Source of the DNA: an uncultured Candidatus Saccharibacteria bacterium
GTDB lineage: Bacteria > Patescibacteriota > Saccharimonadia > Saccharimonadales > CAYOYH01
NCBI GenBank assembly: GCA_964579475.1
Contig: CAZOFP010000001.1
Coordinates: forward strand, 19,421-83,420
DNA length: 64,000 nt
Direction of reading: 5' to 3'
Below are positions 28,392-37,076 of the stretch, in pieces (position 1 is the stretch's first letter; each line of letters starts with the position of its first letter). A program made the translations under genes and the position numbers. Under the pieces are notes generated by a model that was not told the origin of the DNA, searched no databases, and saw only the letters and a list, made by a program, of their open reading frames with translations.

Positions 28392-29897
28392 TTGTGCTAT
28401 GCTAGTAAACATATGCAAAATATCTTCCTGATGTTGATACTTGACCTTAGTATTATTTCCGCCTTGCTGGTGATTATTCACCACAGAAAAATTCGTTTTT
28501 TGAACTGGCTGATTGTTGGCTTGACTCTGTTGGGTGTGTTCATGAGTATCGGCCTTATAGCCAGCTTAGTTAGTCTGCTGGGTTCACTAGCCTTCATCTG
28601 GGTTTTGTTCAGCAACAGTCGGTTACTGAGTAATAGACGAAATTACAGAACAAACTACGTCGTTGTTCACGAGGGTTGGTGGACGTTTATGTTGTTGTAC
28701 TTTGTTATATTTGTTTTTGATTATCTGCTAGTAGACACGGCTCTGATTTTATCTTTTAGCATTCTCTCCTTAGGTGTGGCTGCCGTAACACTAATCTTCA
28801 CAATCTATCACGCATTTAGCTATCGACTCATTAATAATGACGAAAAGGATGATTCTGCAATGCCACCGGTTACTCTTGCGGTGCCTGCCAGGAATGAAAC
28901 CAATGTAATTGAGGAGTATTTGCGCTCTGCCTTGGCAAGCGACTATCCAAAGCTTGAAATTCTGGTTATAGATGACTGCTCTCAGGATAGAACGCCGCAG
29001 CTTATACGTGATTTCGCACACGAAGGCGTCCGTTTTATCCAGGGAGCGAAGTTAAACGAACATTGGCTCGGCAAGAATGCATCGTATAAAACTCTCACCG
29101 AGGAAGCCAGCGGGGACTATATTGTATTTACTGGGGTAGATGTCAGGCTCTCGAGCCACTCGATAAGTGCTCTCGTTAATCATATGCTTGAAAATGAGCT
29201 AGATATGCTCTCAGTTATGCCTCAACGTACGAGTTTTGATTACTTGGCGAATTTCTTGCAAACAACCAGATATTATTTTCAATTCATCTTGCCTTGGGAA
29301 CTACTACCAGTAAATCCTGTTCTAAGTTCTCTTTGGGTTGTAAAGCGTGAGAGATTACTAGAGTTGGGTGGTTTTGACGTCACGCCCAACTTGGTTGTGC
29401 CCGAGCGTTACTTCGCCAACGAGATTGGCAAAAATAAGTCCTATAAATTCATTGTTGCCGATCGCTCGCTGGGAGTTACATCCCGCAAACGCACCAGCAG
29501 CCAGACAGAAACTGCGGTTAGAACGCTTTATCCGCTCTTTAGAGAAAACCCCTTACTAATATTCGTAGCGTCATTTGGCCTCTTATCTCTACTGGTTCTG
29601 CCGTTTCTAGTCGTCATCCTGGGACTGTTCGGTATCGAAATACCGAATTACGAGCATGCTCTGCTTAGCTCGGTGCTTTTGACTGTCGCTAATCTAGTCG
29701 TATACACTCGCTTTAATGCCTCGACGTGGTTCATTGGGTTATTTAATTTCCCGTTCATAATCACGCTCGAAGCGTTGCTGATGCAATGGTCAATGCTTAA
29801 ATACGAATATTCAAAGGTTGTCTGGAAGGACAGAAATATCTGCATTCCAGTGCTAAACCCCCCGCTCAAGCGTCAAAGAAGTAATCCTATTATATAA
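28392..29897 (+). CDS. Membrane-embedded glycosyltransferase family 2 (GT-A fold between N- and C-terminal TM bundles)
   Basis: GT2 motifs (VIDDCSQD, DxD-like TGVDV) flanked by multiple TM helices. Confidence 0.7.
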   Translation: MCYASKHMQNIFLMLILDLSIISALLVIIHHRKIRFLNWLIVGLTLLGVFMSIGLIASLVSLLGSLAFIWVLFSNSRLLSNRRNYRTNYVVVHEGWWTFMLLYFVIFVFDYLLVDTALILSFSILSLGVAAVTLIFTIYHAFSYRLINNDEKDDSAMPPVTLAVPARNETNVIEEYLRSALASDYPKLEILVIDDCSQDRTPQLIRDFAHEGVRFIQGAKLNEHWLGKNASYKTLTEEASGDYIVFTGVDVRLSSHSISALVNHMLENELDMLSVMPQRTSFDYLANFLQTTRYYFQFILPWELLPVNPVLSSLWVVKRERLLELGGFDVTPNLVVPERYFANEIGKNKSYKFIVADRSLGVTSRKRTSSQTETAVRTLYPLFRENPLLIFVASFGLLSLLVLPFLVVILGLFGIEIPNYEHALLSSVLLTVANLVVYTRFNASTWFIGLFNFPFIITLEALLMQWSMLKYEYSKVVWKDRNICIPVLNPPLKRQRSNPII

Positions 29898-29980
29898 CCC
29901 TGTTGACCATAAAGAGCACCTACTCTAACAGATTAGTCTTCAAGTAGTTATATAATTAATTATATAACCATGTTTCTAGA

Positions 29981-31618
29981 CTACTTCTTGGTTGAACCAA
30001 TTGTCAGCGAGAATGTGGAGCCAGAATTCAGCTTTGATTTTACGTCGATTTTACCGTCGATTTTTGTGGCCAATTTCTGTGTAATATGCAGCCCCAGTCC
30101 TGTGCCGCTGCTTTCTCTGGTGCGGTAATCTTCTGAGCGGAAGAACTTGTCGAAAAGTTTCTTTTGGTCGCTGGTGCTGACACCAATACCAGTATCTTTA
30201 ACTGAAAAGACAACAGTGCCGTGTTCCTTGCCGCTTTGCGCTGCGATGGTGATCGAACCTTTTTGAGTATATTTCAGTGAATTAGTGACGAAATTCTGTA
30301 AGATTTCCTGAACGTAAAGCTTGCTGTTGTTGATTGATGGCAGATTATTGGAAATATTAATTTCTAGCTTCAAGCCTTTTTGCTCGGCTTCAATTTTATA
30401 ATTTGCTTTAATCTCTCTGAGCAGGCTGGCTGGATCGATTAGGCTTATCTCCATGTCCAGAGCGCCTCTCTCTGCCCTGGCGAGGGTTGATAGGTCGTTT
30501 ATCATCGATGCCAAGAATAGGGTTTGTTCATGGGCTTCGGATAGCGACTTGCCAATCCTTTCGTCTTTCGTCTCTTTGTCGTTGACCAGCATGGCATTAG
30601 AAATCTTACCCTCGGTGATAGCGATTGGCGTGCGTAGCTCATGCGAAACGACAGAAATAAACTCGTCCCTCTCCTCTTCTAGAGATTTTTGACTAGTAAT
30701 GTCACGGAGAATCAGTGTGTAGCCTTTTTCAGAACCTTCACCGTAGCCAACGCGTATTGGAGAGATGTTTACGTAGAGATTTATTTTGTCGTCCTTGCTC
30801 AGCGAAAGAACTAAATCATCCCTGATAATTGTTTTGTGGTGTTTCTTGGCGTCTGCAATTAAATCTACACTTTCGCCGTCTTTGTCGGTTAACTTCAGGT
30901 ATTTAGATAACGGATTACCACCAATAGATTCATTCGTGTCTACCAGATCCAGTGCGGCACCATTGTAGTTGTCTATCTTGCCACTTGCATCTGTTACGAC
31001 TACGCCGTCACCCATGCTGTTAATAAGCGAGTTGATGCGAGTGTGCTCGATTTCTACGTCAGTCGTTTTAACAGACAGCTCTGTAATCTTTTCGTTGGCA
31101 ACAGTGACGATGTCGATTATAAATAGCGAAAGTAGCGTCAGAATTGCAATCATGGCTATGAAGTAGGCAAAGCTGGCAAAATCGGCATTTGGGACATCGA
31201 TGATGAATACGGCCGAGAGCATGATTATCTGCGCAAGCATACTGATAATTGCTGCTCGTCGCCCATAGAGCAGATGGCTAAGGAACACTAGCATTTGGCC
31301 CAAGAAAACAAATGGGTACTGAAGGCCTACAACGAGCAGCAGGAACAAAAAGAGCATCAAATGGTAAACAACTATCGGCATATACTTGAGTTTGCCCTTA
31401 TCTGAGCGCAACTTATGCGAATACCGCAGGTAGTCTAGTATTCCGCCGACGGCACCTAGTAGCAGACTGAAGATGAACGCTGGCCAACTTACTTCACCGC
31501 TAATGACAAGCAGAAGAAGAGGCAGTGCTACAAATAAAGGCATCAAGAAGGAGCCTTCTTTCTCGCCAGCAAGCTCCAAAGCTGAAATATTCTCCTCTGA
31601 TTCAGACTTTTTCTTCAT
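29981..31618 (-). CDS. Sensor histidine kinase (TM sensor region, PAS-like domain, HisKA, HATPase_c)
   Basis: H-box SHELRTP, N/G1/G2 boxes (DTGIGV, GSGTGLGL); N-terminal polytopic region. Confidence 0.85.
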   Translation of the reverse strand: MKKKSESEENISALELAGEKEGSFLMPLFVALPLLLLVISGEVSWPAFIFSLLLGAVGGILDYLRYSHKLRSDKGKLKYMPIVVYHLMLFLFLLLVVGLQYPFVFLGQMLVFLSHLLYGRRAAIISMLAQIIMLSAVFIIDVPNADFASFAYFIAMIAILTLLSLFIIDIVTVANEKITELSVKTTDVEIEHTRINSLINSMGDGVVVTDASGKIDNYNGAALDLVDTNESIGGNPLSKYLKLTDKDGESVDLIADAKKHHKTIIRDDLVLSLSKDDKINLYVNISPIRVGYGEGSEKGYTLILRDITSQKSLEEERDEFISVVSHELRTPIAITEGKISNAMLVNDKETKDERIGKSLSEAHEQTLFLASMINDLSTLARAERGALDMEISLIDPASLLREIKANYKIEAEQKGLKLEINISNNLPSINNSKLYVQEILQNFVTNSLKYTQKGSITIAAQSGKEHGTVVFSVKDTGIGVSTSDQKKLFDKFFRSEDYRTRESSGTGLGLHITQKLATKIDGKIDVKSKLNSGSTFSLTIGSTKK

Positions 31619-31655
31619 ATACTCATGAAATTATGGCATAAAGCTTAAGCAGTTA

Positions 31656-32354
31656 CTAGAAAATGACCATCTGTTTTAGCTGTTTGCGCTCTTGCCTGGC
31701 ACCAGGCCTGACGGTTTCGAATATCTCCCAGAAGTCGTCGCCGTGGCTCAAGGCTTTGGTGTGCGACAACTCATGCAGTAGCACATGGTCAATCAGGTCA
31801 CCGTCAAGCTTCATCAGCTGAATGTTTAGGTTTATGTTACCCGCAGACGAACAACTGCCCCATCTAGTATGGATATTTTTTAAACGTAGCTGGTTGTACT
31901 TAAAATCATAGACGTTAGCCAGCTCGCTGAGGCGTTTTGGTAGGTATTTTTTTGCCTGCTTTCGCCACACAGGCACCAAAGCTTCGATGAGCTTCTGCTG
32001 CACTTGCTTGCTGTCTGCAGACAAGGTTGCCGGATGCGTTACCTTAAAGCCTGCACCAACACTTGTTATAACTACGTCTTTTACGTCATTCTTACTTTCG
32101 AATACCACCTTGAAACCTTCGGCCAGGATATCGCCGTCATTTATTATTTTTGATTGCTTGGAGGTTACGAGTTTCTTCAGTATCCAGTCGTGGTTTTTAT
32201 TGAGGAATGAAACCACTGCCGACTTCGAAACTCCATACGGTTTCGACACTCTCACCTCCCCAGAGGCGACGCTGAGTCTAATGTTTCGAGAGCGGCGGTT
32301 AGTAGTTACCTTGACCGTCCCAACGTCAGACATTTCTATATATTCTTGTTTCAA
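31656..32354 (-). CDS. DUF45/YgjP-like (M48/WLM-type) zinc metallohydrolase
   Basis: HExxH (LLHELSH) within a DUF45-like C-terminus. Confidence 0.7.
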   Translation of the reverse strand: MKQEYIEMSDVGTVKVTTNRRSRNIRLSVASGEVRVSKPYGVSKSAVVSFLNKNHDWILKKLVTSKQSKIINDGDILAEGFKVVFESKNDVKDVVITSVGAGFKVTHPATLSADSKQVQQKLIEALVPVWRKQAKKYLPKRLSELANVYDFKYNQLRLKNIHTRWGSCSSAGNINLNIQLMKLDGDLIDHVLLHELSHTKALSHGDDFWEIFETVRPGARQERKQLKQMVIF

Positions 32355-32357
32355 AAC

Positions 32358-33002
32358 TTAGGGAGTAAACTGCCTGCGACCACCGATGCTCCGTCTTCTT
32401 GGGGTCGGCCCAGGGTGGCTTCGCTCAAATCTTGAGGGAGCTTTTTCTAGTGGTTCTATAATCTTCATTTTCTCTAGTTTCTTCAGCACTGTGAGTTCTT
32501 GGGCCGGAAAATCATATTTGCCACTCACTACAACGTACTCTTCGCCATACCCAGGAGCGGTAATTCTCCCAAGAACAGAATCGAATGTGTCTTGATTCAT
32601 GCTGAAGGAGTATTTGTCGCCATGACGCCGTTTATCTCTAGTCGAGGCGCGTGTAAATGCTGTGTTTAAATCTGTTTGCGTCCAGACCATGACGGTTCGA
32701 ATACCGCGTTTTCTAGCAATACTGACTATTTCTTGACGTTTTTTTCTCACACCGTTGTTGGCATCGTAGATAATACTTGTCTTTGTCTTCATTGCTTGCT
32801 CGAGCATATAGTCCATTAGGCGTTCGACTACTTGGTTCTCGCCGTCGCTAAACTGTGGGTCATCGAAAAGCTCATAGCGAAACCTGTCCCCACTGATGTG
32901 GATTAAGCCATGTTTGGCCGCAAATTGAGAGGCAAAGTGAGTCTTACCTGCCCCGGGGTAGCCAAACATTAGTATCAGCGTCTGTTGTCGTAGTTGAATC
33001 AT
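32358..33002 (-). CDS. P-loop kinase, zeta-toxin / AAA_33-like
   Basis: Walker A GYPGAGKTH near the N-terminus. Size and layout match zeta-toxin/polynucleotide-kinase-like proteins. Confidence 0.6.
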   Translation of the reverse strand: MIQLRQQTLILMFGYPGAGKTHFASQFAAKHGLIHISGDRFRYELFDDPQFSDGENQVVERLMDYMLEQAMKTKTSIIYDANNGVRKKRQEIVSIARKRGIRTVMVWTQTDLNTAFTRASTRDKRRHGDKYSFSMNQDTFDSVLGRITAPGYGEEYVVVSGKYDFPAQELTVLKKLEKMKIIEPLEKAPSRFERSHPGPTPRRRSIGGRRQFTP

Positions 33003-33099
33003 TGCACATATTATACCGTATATTTATATCCTCGAGAATTAAAACAGCTTTGCTCGAAAACTATTCGTTCACGACGGGGTGAAATCGCATGTAACGATG

Positions 33100-33732
33100 C
33101 TAACCCACCCACCGTACATCAAGCTCGCTAAGCACATCTAAAACACTGTTTCTTAAGACATCATAGTCCGCCGGAGGCCGCTTAAGCGAGTCACCAGTAC
33201 TAGCGGTTCTTTCCCGAAATCGTACCTTGCCTTCATTGCCATCACCTCTGTCTACATACCTACCTCCACAGCGGATTGTTGCATCTGCAAAGACAGTAGA
33301 GAATTCTTTGAAATGTCTATACGTATCCCAACTCTGTTCGGAGCTTATGTGATCGACAACTACTACGTGCCACATAGTTTTTGATTTGTCTGGACCGCTA
33401 AAAAATCCCTTAGTGTCACTCTGTATGTCTGCAAATACTGTGTTCCCTAGAAATTTTGAACTCGCAAGGATTCTCGGAATACTTCTTGGTCGTGGCTTAT
33501 TGGGGCTTGCGTTAATTGATTCTACCATTCCAAGTAGCAAGGCTCTGCAATCGTTGCTTAAAAATGGTGCTCTTTGAATATCTAGACCATTGGGTGAATA
33601 ATACTCTGCTGCAATATTACCGCTCCGGAGTTGTTCTACTTTCGCTGCATTAGCGACACGGTCTTGTGCGACACGTGCTTCTCTGTCGCGTCTTCTTCTA
33701 TCAAGCTCTTCATTTATGTCCTCAAATGTCAT
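33100..33732 (-). CDS. Hypothetical protein
   Basis: ORF with protein-like composition; no motif recognised. Confidence 0.45.
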   Translation of the reverse strand: MTFEDINEELDRRRRDREARVAQDRVANAAKVEQLRSGNIAAEYYSPNGLDIQRAPFLSNDCRALLLGMVESINASPNKPRPRSIPRILASSKFLGNTVFADIQSDTKGFFSGPDKSKTMWHVVVVDHISSEQSWDTYRHFKEFSTVFADATIRCGGRYVDRGDGNEGKVRFRERTASTGDSLKRPPADYDVLRNSVLDVLSELDVRWVG

Positions 33733-33799
33733 GCTTTAACCTTGGTTATACGTACATCTCATCATATACATTGAAGATTTGCAAGCATAAGGCATTTGC

Positions 33800-33990
33800 G
33801 GGGTGGAGGGACTTGCCTGACCAGGCAAAAGAAACATACTTTTGCAACGGTCATCGAAAACATGCCTACTGGCATATTTGTCGACAAGGAGCCGGGGAAT
33901 GCCGACTGCCATTCCCGTTCAAGTCCCAGCTCCAGAAATAACAAAGACTCCCTCAGACGAGGAAGTCGTTATTATGGCAGCCTTTAGTGG
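33800..33990. repeat. Direct repeat copy A (~190 bp) beginning with a 16-nt copy of the tRNA-Trp 3' end (GGGGTGGAGGGACTTG on the plus strand)
   Basis: ~150 nt identical to 36445..36596 and then ~40 nt with a few mismatches. Contains several internal hairpins. Confidence 0.85.
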
Positions 33991-34033
33991 ACGCACTTCA
34001 TGATTTTCATATAAGCAAAATTGAGAACTAAAA

Positions 34034-34597
34034 TTATACTGTTTCAGTCACGAATTTATGAAAACTCTTAAAGGAGTTGGATTTATCTAAGGCCTTTTCA
34101 ATATTCAAATATTTCGCAAAGTCTTCATTATTCTTAGTCATAAAGTACTTTTCTTTTTGTGAACACTTGAACACTTGATCTTTAATTTTTCCTTTAGGGT
34201 CTTGGATGGTCTCTGGTAATCCAGAAAATTTAGGCATAAATTTTAGATTTAGAGACTTCTTGATACAGCCTGGATCACTGATAAACCAAGCCTCCAGTTC
34301 TTCAACTGGGATACAAATGTATCTGTTACCAAGCCTACTAGACGATAGAATACTCTCTAGCTCTGCCCTGACTCTGTCTTCACCGTTTGTCCCATCAAGG
34401 TCCTGCACAAGTATTAAAGCGCTGCAGCCTTGTGAGTGTAGAACATCAGCCCACATTAAACATTTCCGTTTGATATTGCCTTTTCCGTTTTTAGCGAACT
34501 CCCTGAAGCCTATACCGTTTTTATCAGATATTCTACGCACTAGAACTTCGATTGTGCTTGTGTCAGTCCTGTCTTCACCTATCAACCCAATGCGCAT
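34034..34597 (-). CDS. DUF4276/RloB-type Toprim-like small protein (partner of the adjacent ABC ATPase)
   Basis: N-terminal Toprim-like G-E-D (IGLIGEDRTD) and DxD (LVQDLDG), C-terminal EELEAW. Its ATG follows the upstream ATPase stop codon directly (no intergenic gap). Confidence 0.6.
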   Translation of the reverse strand: MRIGLIGEDRTDTSTIEVLVRRISDKNGIGFREFAKNGKGNIKRKCLMWADVLHSQGCSALILVQDLDGTNGEDRVRAELESILSSSRLGNRYICIPVEELEAWFISDPGCIKKSLNLKFMPKFSGLPETIQDPKGKIKDQVFKCSQKEKYFMTKNNEDFAKYLNIEKALDKSNSFKSFHKFVTETV

Positions 34598-34600
34598 TAC

Positions 34601-35809
34601 TTATTCGCTCCTAAAACCAGTTTCTCTCCAATAATCACCAAGGCTGCCTGTGTTCAAAAGGTATTCACGCAACGCGTTATGATCATTAGAATTTAGTTTC
34701 TTTTTCAATGAACTTGCACTAGTACCATTTGAGCCTTTACCAACTAACACAATTTGCTCGGGCTCAAGTTTATCTACTACATTATCGGAATGAGTGCTTA
34801 TTATCATTTGTTTTGTCTCTGCTTTCGATTCCACAAGCTCCATAACGCTGTTGATTAAACCGTGATGTACACCTATTTCGGGCTCTTCGATTAACAATAA
34901 TTCGTTGTTATTTCGAACTATATAGTAAACCAGTGCTAAAGTTTTTAAAGTTCCTTCAGAAAGCTGTGAAGGTGATAACTGTAGACCATCAATAGTAAAA
35001 GTGGGTATGACAATGTTGCGATCTATATCGATTTTTTCTATTCCGCCTCCTGGCTTCACCCTAATATTGCTATTGGGGACTGTGACATTTTGAAAATTAA
35101 TGTCTTCAATAAGCCCTATCCCTAGTGGGCCTACGGCGTTAATAAAAAGCTGGAACGACTTATCGTCACTCCTGCTCGAGTTATATATATCAAAAAGAAA
35201 TTTTCGATGTATGTTGGATTCTCCGTAACTTCTTGGAAGTTCACCATCTTCGATTTCTATTGATATTGGGCTGTCTGCAGGATTGGAGAAATGGGTTGCA
35301 CTGTAGTACCTAATACCAAAGAGGAATTCATTAAGCTTCGCTAAGAACTGGTTGATATCTTTTGAAGGAGTAAAGTACCTTTTCTTTAGACTTTCGGGGA
35401 TACTGTCATTCCCGAATTGTTGGATTACACTAAATGCTTGACTGCTGATCTCATGCCTCTTTTCATTAGTGCCCCCCATTTTCTTTACATGTAATTCTGA
35501 TACATCGATATCGTCCTGGTCGTATTGGTCAAAAAATATTTCTAGGAATAACCTATACGTATTGTCACCATCAGAAACGTCAGCTTCGATAAGTGATGAT
35601 GACAATGACTTAACTCCAGACCTCGGTGGACGTGCACGTCTATACCCTAGGCTGTAAATGCCTTTTTTGAGCAAGCCTATAGCAGCTAAAATATTAGTCT
35701 TTCCAGCACCGTTCCTCCCAATGAGAACTGTCGGATTTGTGCTAATTGCAAGTTTTGTGTCAATAAGAGATCTGTAGTTCTCGATTCTAATTTGAGTAAG
35801 CTTTAACAT
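34601..35809 (-). CDS. ABC-type/SMC-like ATPase of the AAA_21/OLD-AbiL-PARIS class
   Basis: Walker A GRNGAGKTN near the N-terminus; distal Walker B LLLIEEPE and H-loop (HH/STHS). Confidence 0.75.
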   Translation of the reverse strand: MLKLTQIRIENYRSLIDTKLAISTNPTVLIGRNGAGKTNILAAIGLLKKGIYSLGYRRARPPRSGVKSLSSSLIEADVSDGDNTYRLFLEIFFDQYDQDDIDVSELHVKKMGGTNEKRHEISSQAFSVIQQFGNDSIPESLKKRYFTPSKDINQFLAKLNEFLFGIRYYSATHFSNPADSPISIEIEDGELPRSYGESNIHRKFLFDIYNSSRSDDKSFQLFINAVGPLGIGLIEDINFQNVTVPNSNIRVKPGGGIEKIDIDRNIVIPTFTIDGLQLSPSQLSEGTLKTLALVYYIVRNNNELLLIEEPEIGVHHGLINSVMELVESKAETKQMIISTHSDNVVDKLEPEQIVLVGKGSNGTSASSLKKKLNSNDHNALREYLLNTGSLGDYWRETGFRSE

Positions 35810-36444
35810 ATGTATTCCTCTCTAATGCCTTAATGGTAACCTACGAAGATGCTTGACTCCAAACAGCAAGTTCATGGGATTTTCGAATTTGGAGCAAGAT
35901 AAAAACAAAGTTTTTGATGAAGAGAAGCCTTAACGTTAGTGCTTGTTGCATTCAATAAGTAGTGTATGATGCAATTAGCTTGAATTGTGAATGCACAATT
36001 CGTGTACTTATTAAGAGCTCCGCGCACCCAATGAGGTCCATTCGGATCAACAGATCGCTATAACAAGAGAGCCAGGCATTATAAATGAGCTAAACCATTT
36101 ATAGTGTCTTTTTTATTTCTATCTCTAGAAGTTAGGGGACCTATACAGGTTATCTACTAACTTAATGAGGTAGTTCGTAATGCTTGGAACTATTTGGGAT
36201 CTGGGATTATGTCGAAACCCGCGCCCTTTACGCCTCACTTTGATTCAAAATTGTTTCGCGGCCAGTCCAGAGAGAACTGATTTCATTGCTGGCGAGGCAA
36301 GGCATGTTTATGCGCAAGTGGCTGTGTATGTGATACTGCTACTGAGCATGAATATGTCTTAACGAAGTTAGAAATGAAAAAGCTTACGCAGGTGTCGCAA
36401 ACTTTGTTTGTGAGCAGTACGTAAGCTGTTCAGACTCTCTGGCA

Positions 36445-36619
36445 GGGGTGGAGGGACTTGCCTGACCAGGCAAAAGAAACATACTTTTGCAACGGTCATC
36501 GAAAACATGCCTACTGGCATATTTGTCGACAAGGAGCCGGGGAATGCCGACTGCCATTCCCGTTCAAGTCCCAGCTCCAGAAATAACAAAGACTCTCTCG
36601 AATGAGAAAGTCGTTGTTA
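36445..36619. repeat. Direct repeat copy B, immediately abutting tRNA-Trp
   Basis: Same unit as 33800..33990. Ends with TGGCAG, which supplies the discriminator and CCA complement of the tRNA. Confidence 0.85.
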
Positions 36620-36696
36620 TGGCAGGGGTGGAGGGACTTGAACCCGCGACCTTCGGTTTTGGAGACCGACGCTCTAGCCAGCTGAGCTACACCCCT
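36620..36696 (-). tRNA. trnW: tRNA-Trp (anticodon CCA), CCA encoded
   Basis: Cloverleaf by hand-folding: acceptor AGGGGTG/CACCCCT, D-arm GCTC...GAGC, anticodon stem TCGGT/ACCGA with loop CTCCAAA, T-loop TTCAAGT. One C-U mismatch in the T-stem. Confidence 0.8.
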
Positions 36697-36890
36697 ATGC
36701 TTGGTTGATTATAACTGAAATGTTCAAATCTGGGACTCTCCCACCGATATTTCCCCTGACGGAGAAATTCGTCGGGCCCACCTCGCGGTCTTCGCCTTTC
36801 ACTTTCGCTCAAACTCAGGCAACGCTCCGGTCTTGCGAACCTACAAAAGTGAAACAGTTCACTTTTGCTTTACGGTTCTCACCCGAGAAC

Positions 36891-36933
36891 TTCGTTTTGG
36901 AGACCACGACCAAAACCAGCTGAGCTACACTCC
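36891..36933 (-). pseudogene. Degenerate partial copy of the tRNA-Trp 5' half (pseudo-tRNA fragment)
   Basis: CTTCGTTTTGGAGACCACGACCAAAACCAGCTGAGCTACACTCC parallels the tRNA-Trp anticodon/D-arm/acceptor region, but the D-stem is disrupted. Confidence 0.4.
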
Positions 36934-37076
36934 TATGGCACACATATAATCTACATGGATTTTATGTGTATTGCTATCTTTACAACAAAAACTGCTAATT
37001 ATCTCTGTTTTCGTACTTGTCATAACAGTAGCTTAAGCACTATAATCATCGAAGAAGATAAACAGAGAAAAAGTAA

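Noticed and set aside
28791-29021. 76-aa antisense ORF inside the GT2 gene and similar short ORFs throughout
   Set aside because: No SD, antisense to a supported CDS, and no motifs.
33762-36589. 60-aa and 73-aa minus-strand ORFs (MLFLELGLEREW...) inside the two repeat copies
   Set aside because: They are identical because they lie in the repeated DNA and have no SD or protein-like features, so they are artefacts of the repeat rather than genes.
36707-36860. Possible additional tRNA (GTTCAAATC T-loop-like segment) between tRNA-Trp and the pseudo-tRNA fragment
   Set aside because: No flanking stems pair into a T-arm or acceptor on either strand; treated as degraded remnant sequence.
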